A stretch of DNA of 28,124 bases, from the NCBI GenBank assembly GCA_049724395.1, contig JAUGWO010000042.1, positions 372,001 to 400,124 on the forward strand. Direction: 5' to 3'. The notes below the pieces were generated by a model that saw nothing but the letters and a program-made list of their open reading frames with translations, was not told the origin of the DNA and ran no database searches. A program made the position numbers and the translations under genes. This stretch comes from Spongospora subterranea f. sp. subterranea. Taxonomy: Eukaryota. Positions 23,225 to 28,124 of this stretch are shown here, piece by piece (the first letter of the stretch is position 1; the number at the start of each line of letters is the position of its first letter).

Positions 23225-23790
23225 ACTAGGCCTTTGCTTACCACCTTAGGTGAGTACAGCACCTGCTTACAGCACTAGTCTACTCCACCAATACTGGCTA
23301 GACGGCCTATCCCCTAAACCGCGCGCGGTTGGACCGCGCGAGATGTTTGGACACTCGCACAACAGGGTACACTATTGACTGTGACACAGTCTAATAATCC
23401 AAAGATATACTTTGCACTGAGCGCGGTGGATGAGGGTTGCGGATCACGGCATTTGCCAGATCGATCGATTGTTAGTTCTGTTCTCTCTTCATCAAATTCC
23501 GGATCTAGTCTGTCCATTCTCCTCTTACTTCTCTTGTGTCTTCTGTTGCAGTTTCAACAATGCTCCAGGTGGTGATTATATTCAACATATGCAATCATTA
23601 ACGGTTCAATTATCTCTGTTTGTGTTTGTTTAGTCAACTATCGCCTAGCACTTATGCTGCCGTCGCTCAGATGGCTGTATGGAAAAGGGTTTTGGCTCTA
23701 ATCGCATACTGTTCATCACTTTGACTCCTCTATAGCGATTCATCAGTAATCGCTGTTTCTCCCCGGTTGTCGGATATATTAGACAGCGCC

Positions 23791-24078
23791 CCTATTAATA
23801 CGATGTATTCTATTAGCTTTGGTGTCATAATCGTTCATTAATACTTGTAATTAGTGGTTGTTAATCGCAAATTCGTGCGTCCGGTGATGTTTATCCAGAC
23901 GATAGTGTCTCTGTTAATGCGAGGTATACCAATAGCTGTTTTGTCGTTAATGGTTTATTAATACTTGTAATCAGTGGTTGTTAATCGCAAATTCGCGTGT
24001 CCGGTGATGTTTATCCAGGCAATAATGCCTCTGTTGATGCGAAGTGTACCAATAGCTTTTGGCGTCATAATCGTTTAT
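23791..24078. repeat. 120-bp tandem repeat, about 2.4 copies, inside element copy 1
   Basis: ATACTTGTAAT-AGTGGTTGTTAATCGCAAATTCG recurs at 23841 and 23961, and CCGGTGATGTTTATCCAG recurs at 23881 and 24001. Confidence 0.92.
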
Positions 24079-24388
24079 CTTGTTCCGTCCCGACACGTCT
24101 TTTTCCAAAGCGTCAAAATCGAACGCACTGCGAGTGCATTGAAAATATCAAAGTACGCAAGTCACAACGAAGGATGAACAAAATTATAAATACATTTACA
24201 TAATACATGCTCGAGCAAGTTTGATACAAATGCTGATCCTCCATTTGAACATGAGATAAAATAGAGTAGTTTGCGATGGAGTTCCGAAGAAATCACAGGG
24301 CATTTGATGTTGACGCTTTCGAAAAGACCACGGCAAATCATAGTTAACCAGTTTTCGAAAGATCCGATACCACAGTACCTATACTGAA

Positions 24389-25535
24389 CGGTGGCTTTTT
24401 TCTACCGCGCGCGGTCCAACCGCGCGCGGTTCAACCGCGCGAGATGTTTGGACACTCGCACAATAAGGTACACTAATGACTGTGACACAGTCAATTCATT
24501 GCAAAACTATATCGCACAGTGCGCTCCATAGACCTTCAGTATACTGGTATCGGATCTATCGGAAACTGGTTAACTATGATATGCCGAGACGTCTTTTCGA
24601 AAGCGTTAACATCAAAAGCACTGCGAGTATTTTGGAAAGACTCAATCGCAAACTACTCTATTTTATTCCATGTAGCAAATAGGGGTCAGCATTTATTTTA
24701 AACTTGAATTCTTTCAACACACGCAAAATATTGAATTAAACACTTAACATCATGTATTTATGATTTTGCTCATCCACCGTTTAAAAATAAAATGTCCTGT
24801 GTACTTGGAATATTTTCGAAGCACTCGCAGTGCGTTCGATTTTGACGCTTTGGAAAAAGACGTCTCGCCATATCCTAAGATGGAGTGCATCTCGGAGTTC
24901 AACGACTCCATCGCCGATTCGGGATCTTGAGTCTCACTAGACTCGGATGGAACTGCATTGGACGAGTCGCTGCTTCGCTCGCTTGTTCGCAGCAATGACG
25001 ATTCAGGCCGGACAACCTCTTGCGTTGTGGCTCTACAAAATGGAATACGTTCATCGCCAACACTTTCAGGAATCGTAGCAATGGACGCTACTACAACTGT
25101 AGTGTCTGGAATGTGATCGGCGATTACTGATGAATCACTATAGAGGAGTTAAGGTGAAGAACAGTATGCGATTAGAATAAAACACCTTTCCCATACAGCC
25201 ATCTCAGCGACGGCAGCATAAGTGCTAGGCGATAGTTGACTAAACAAAAACCATCAGAGATAATTGAACCGTTAATTATATGTAAAATAATCCCCACCTC
25301 GAAGATTGCATTGTTGAAACTGAAACAGAAGACACTAGATGAAGAGAGAATCGATTCGGCAGACGTGATCCGCAACTCTGAACTGCGATCCGCAATCCTC
25401 GCTCAGTGCAATATATATCTTTGCATTATTAGACTGTGTCACAGTCAATAGTGTACCCTATTGTGCGAATGTCCAAGCATCTCGCGCGGTTGAACCGCGC
25501 GCGGTACAACCGCGCGCGGTAGAGGGGATAGGCCG
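24389..25535 (-). mobile_element. Non-autonomous TIR element, copy 2 (nested, inverted, 1147 bp), MULE-like
   Basis: Imperfect TIRs of about 105 bp (24389-24492 and about 25432-25535) are flanked by the exact direct repeat TATACTGAA at 24380-24388 and 25536-25544. The internal arms are homologous to copy 1. Confidence 0.88.
24578..24874. repeat. About 300-bp MITE-like foldback inside the element 3' arm
   Basis: GATATGCCGAGACGTCTTTTCGAAAGCGTTAACATCAAAAGCACTGCGAGT (from 24578) is inverted at about 24823-24874 (ACTCGCAGTGCGTTCGATTTTGACGCTTTGGAAAAAGACGTCTCGCCATATC). A more decayed homolog lies at about 24090-24340. Confidence 0.75.
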
Positions 25536-25741
25536 TATACTGAAGGTCCATGGAACGCACTGTGCGATATAGTTTTGCAATGATTTGACTGTGTCACAGT
25601 CATTAGTGTACCTTATTGTGCGAGTGTCCAAGCATCTCGCGCGGTAGAAAAAAGTCAGCCGTGCACTCAAGAGATATACAGTACCGCTCGACTTAGAAGT
25701 GCGGTGCACTCTAATCAGGCTGATGAGGCAGCGTAGCAGTC

Positions 25742-25933
25742 TTGTCGATAGCCTATCGTGACTCGGATATTTGGCCTATATTGTATTGTCGATAGCCTAT
25801 CATGACTCGGATATTTGGCCTATATTGTATTGTCGATAGCCTATCATGACTCGGATATTTGGCCTATATTGTATTGTCGATAGCCTATCATGACTCGGAT
25901 ATTTGGCCTATATTGTATTGTCGATAGCCTATC
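25742..25933. repeat. 44-bp minisatellite, 4 copies plus a partial, same family and orientation as the 46-bp array
   Basis: The unit ATCATGACTCGGATATTTGGCCTATATTGTATTGTCGATAGCCT starts at 25755, 25799, 25843 and 25887. A partial TTGTCGATAGCCT begins at 25742. Confidence 0.97.
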
Positions 25934-26179
25934 GACACTCCATCGCTTTTAATCATTTGATCACGATTCGATTTTAACAATTTTCTGCGATTATTTCTGT
26001 CCAGGTTATGAGGTCGTCATTAAGGAATCTCATGTAAGCTTGCGATATCTTAGTTTGATTGTATTCATGAACAGAGGACTACATGAGTGTTGGCTGCTGT
26101 GTCGTTGGCCAAGTATGACTCTGACTCTGAGAGTGACTGAGCGAGTAATCTCGAAACACATTCTGTAAATGGTTAAAGA

Positions 26180-27003
26180 ATGGTATCTGCTTCACAGTAT
26201 TTGCAAAGTCACCGCCATCGTGACCAACCATCAACGATCTCACCTGTAGACTTTTTGAGAGCACACACGAGCACACCATCGCAATACGAAAATCTCTCTT
26301 CCCCATCCGTAACTAGCCATCATAAGGTTTATCAGATCCCAAAAGCCAAGTTTGTTCATCGACATCGGCACGATCATCTTGATCAATTTCGGTCTTTGCA
26401 GAATTTCAATGGACGACTTGCCAGTGTGAAACTTATTCAAAAATGTTGGAGAACCCATCGGCGCAAGTCCCTTACCGAGTCAGGTGGTGTAATAAGTAAT
26501 CCACACCCTACTCAAGTTGCCAAGAAGATGGTTGTGGTTGATGTTCATGACGACCCTCAATTTCCATCTACCAGTCCTTCCAATGTATATCCCCTATTTA
26601 CCCTATTTACACGGCCACATGCTAAACATAACATTAGGGGAGTATTAATAATACTGTTGTTCGTCCTGAGTTGAAGTCTCCATTAACCGCTCTGGTTCCA
26701 ATATCTGATAATAGGTCAAATTCACTGCCTTTTTGCAACATCGCATGTATTCATGAACTAAGTACGTTTAGAAGTCATGTCAACTCCAAAGCTACTGGCA
26801 ATATTCCCAACTGCTGCGATAGATTGCATAAGGAATTGTTGCATCTTCAAGCTGAAATGGCAATTTTGTTCCCAAGGTCACCTCATCCAATTGCCAAGTC
26901 AAATATTCCCCGGCTGAAACTGCTGCCGACAGCAAGTGTACCAGATTTGAATGCTATTGCCATACTTGAGCGAAACCTCTCGGAATTCGCTATATCAGGT
27001 TAA
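26180..27003 (+). CDS. Hypothetical protein with an IQ-like motif; exon structure unresolved, possible start at about 26008
   Basis: Two consecutive + strand open segments (26180-26674 and 26671-27003) are present, with ASVKLIQKCWRTHRRK resembling an IQ motif. An upstream ATG at 26008 is followed by a GTAAGC donor. Confidence 0.4.
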
Positions 27004-27393
27004 GATGCATTGCATCGTAAATCATGTGAAATCCTTTGAAACGCCGCCAATATTGCATGTCTCCTTTGGCACAAAAACATAAACTGGGAAATGAGTCCAC
27101 TGATTCAGTGATCCACGACCGTAAACATTTGCAATGATCTGATGAATTCGATGGGTGATTATTGTTTGTAAAATGTATAATGCCAGTACTGTATAGTTGC
27201 GTGTCATGTGATGAACTCGCTAAAATAGTGTATTACGGCCTCGCCTTACTGGAAGACAGGATACAGAGCAGGGCTGGAAAAGGCCCGTAAACAAACCAAA
27301 AACTTTCAGTGTACAGTATCAACAAGGCACAGTACCGTAGTTTGCAGTTAAATAGCCCCGCAACCCTAAACTTCGTGAGAAGCTGACCCGGAC

Positions 27394-28124
27394 TCGTGTC
27401 TCAAAACAGTAAACTATGGTGCCAGTACTGTATAATTGCGTGTGATGTGATGAACTCGCTGGAAATAGTGTATCATTATGTGTCCCCCCTACTCGTATCT
27501 CAAAACACTAAACTATGGTGCCAGTACTGTATAATTGCGTGTGATGTGATGAACTCGCTGGAAATAGTGTATCATTATGGTCCCCCCTACTCGTATCTCA
27601 AAACACTAAACTATGGTGCCAGTACTGTATAATTGCGTGTGAATGAACTCGCGTGTGATGTGATGAACTCGCTGGAAATAGTGTATCATTATGGTCCCCC
27701 CTACTCGTATCTCAAAACACTAAACTATGGTGCCAGTACTGTATAATTGCGTGTGATGTGATGAACTTGCTGGAAATAGTGTATCATTATGGTCCCCCCT
27801 ACTCGTGTCTCAAAACAAAACACTAAATTGCTCGCTGGAAATAGTGTATCAGTGTATGGTCCCCCCTACTCGTATCTCAACAAGGCTACAGTGGTTTGCA
27901 GTTATGAACTCGCTGGAAATAGTGTATCATTATGGTCCCCCCTCTCGTATCTCAAAACACTAAACTATGGTGCCAGTACTGTATAATTCCGTGTGATGTG
28001 ATCAACTCGCTGGAAATAGTGTATCATTATGGTCCCCCAGTACTGTATAATTGCGTGTGATGTGATGAACTCGCTGGAAATAGTGTATCATTATGGTCCC
28101 CCGTACCTAGTATCTCAAAACAGT
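27394..28124. repeat. 98-bp satellite running off the window end
   Basis: The unit TCGTATCTCAAAACACTAAACTATGGTGCCAGTACTGTATAATTGCGTGTGATGTGATGAACTCGCTGGAAATAGTGTATCATTATGGTCCCCCCTAC starts at 27394, 27493 and 27591 and continues with internal deletions and duplications. An isolated degenerate partial copy lies at about 27181-27235. Confidence 0.96.

Larger units (their letters stand above)
23303..25661 (+). mobile_element. Non-autonomous TIR element, copy 1 (outer, about 1.2 kb excluding the nested copy)
   Basis: The left end reads (A)CGGCCTATCCCCT-ACCGCGCGCGGT-core. The right end is core-revcomp-AGAAAAAAGTCAGCCG(T) at about 25587-25662. It is interrupted at 24389-25535 by a second copy. No transposase ORF and no target duplication were found at the outer ends. 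Confidence 0.8.

Noticed and set aside
23791..24078. 120-bp repeat as a 40-aa coding repeat
   Set aside because: Stops recur within the unit in the frames I checked, so intact coding is not supported.
23301..25537. Single Tc1/mariner-type element with TIRs of about 450 bp and a TA target duplication
   Set aside because: The long inverted arms are better explained by two opposed copies of one element. That model also accounts for the extra TIRs at 24389 and 25661 and the TATACTGAA duplication.
25681..25714. Helitron-like 3' hairpin plus CTAA
   Set aside because: The stem is short and imperfect, spacing to CTRR is atypical, and no matching 5' end or Rep/Hel remnant is recognised.
27362..27370. 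AACCCTAAA telomere-like word
   Set aside because: Single copy, expected by chance.
27396..27986. ORFs with repeated LWCQYCIIAC peptide
   Set aside because: These are translations of the 98-bp satellite. The unit length is not a multiple of three, so the frame is not maintained.

Overview
Gene-dense eukaryotic nuclear DNA with many short (about 50-65 nt) GT-AG introns, so the ORF track shows exon fragments rather than whole genes. The first 21.9 kb holds, in order: a TTLL2-like tubulin ligase, two hypothetical genes (one with a TPX2-like Aurora-binding motif), a divergent DRP5/ARC5-type dynamin, MFAP1, a ChsD-type chitin synthase with a frame break, a 7TM-RGS protein, CBF5/dyskerin, otubain, Nup93/Nic96, a coiled-coil protein with repeated TQT-like motifs, and DENR. 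Chitin synthase together with a DRP5-type dynamin and TTLL2 suggests a flagellated, chitin-making, non-fungal protist such as a plasmodiophorid; this is inference only. The most unusual part is 21941-25933. One minisatellite family (46-bp and 44-bp units) is split by a 3.5-kb insert. The insert contains a decayed intronless ORF and two copies of a 1.15-1.2-kb non-autonomous TIR element, one nested inside the other with a TATACTGAA target duplication. The two copies share TIRs, a host-like spliced leader region and a 3' arm, but carry unrelated central cargo. The window ends in a 98-bp satellite. Exon boundaries were read by eye, and family calls rest on remembered motifs, not database searches.
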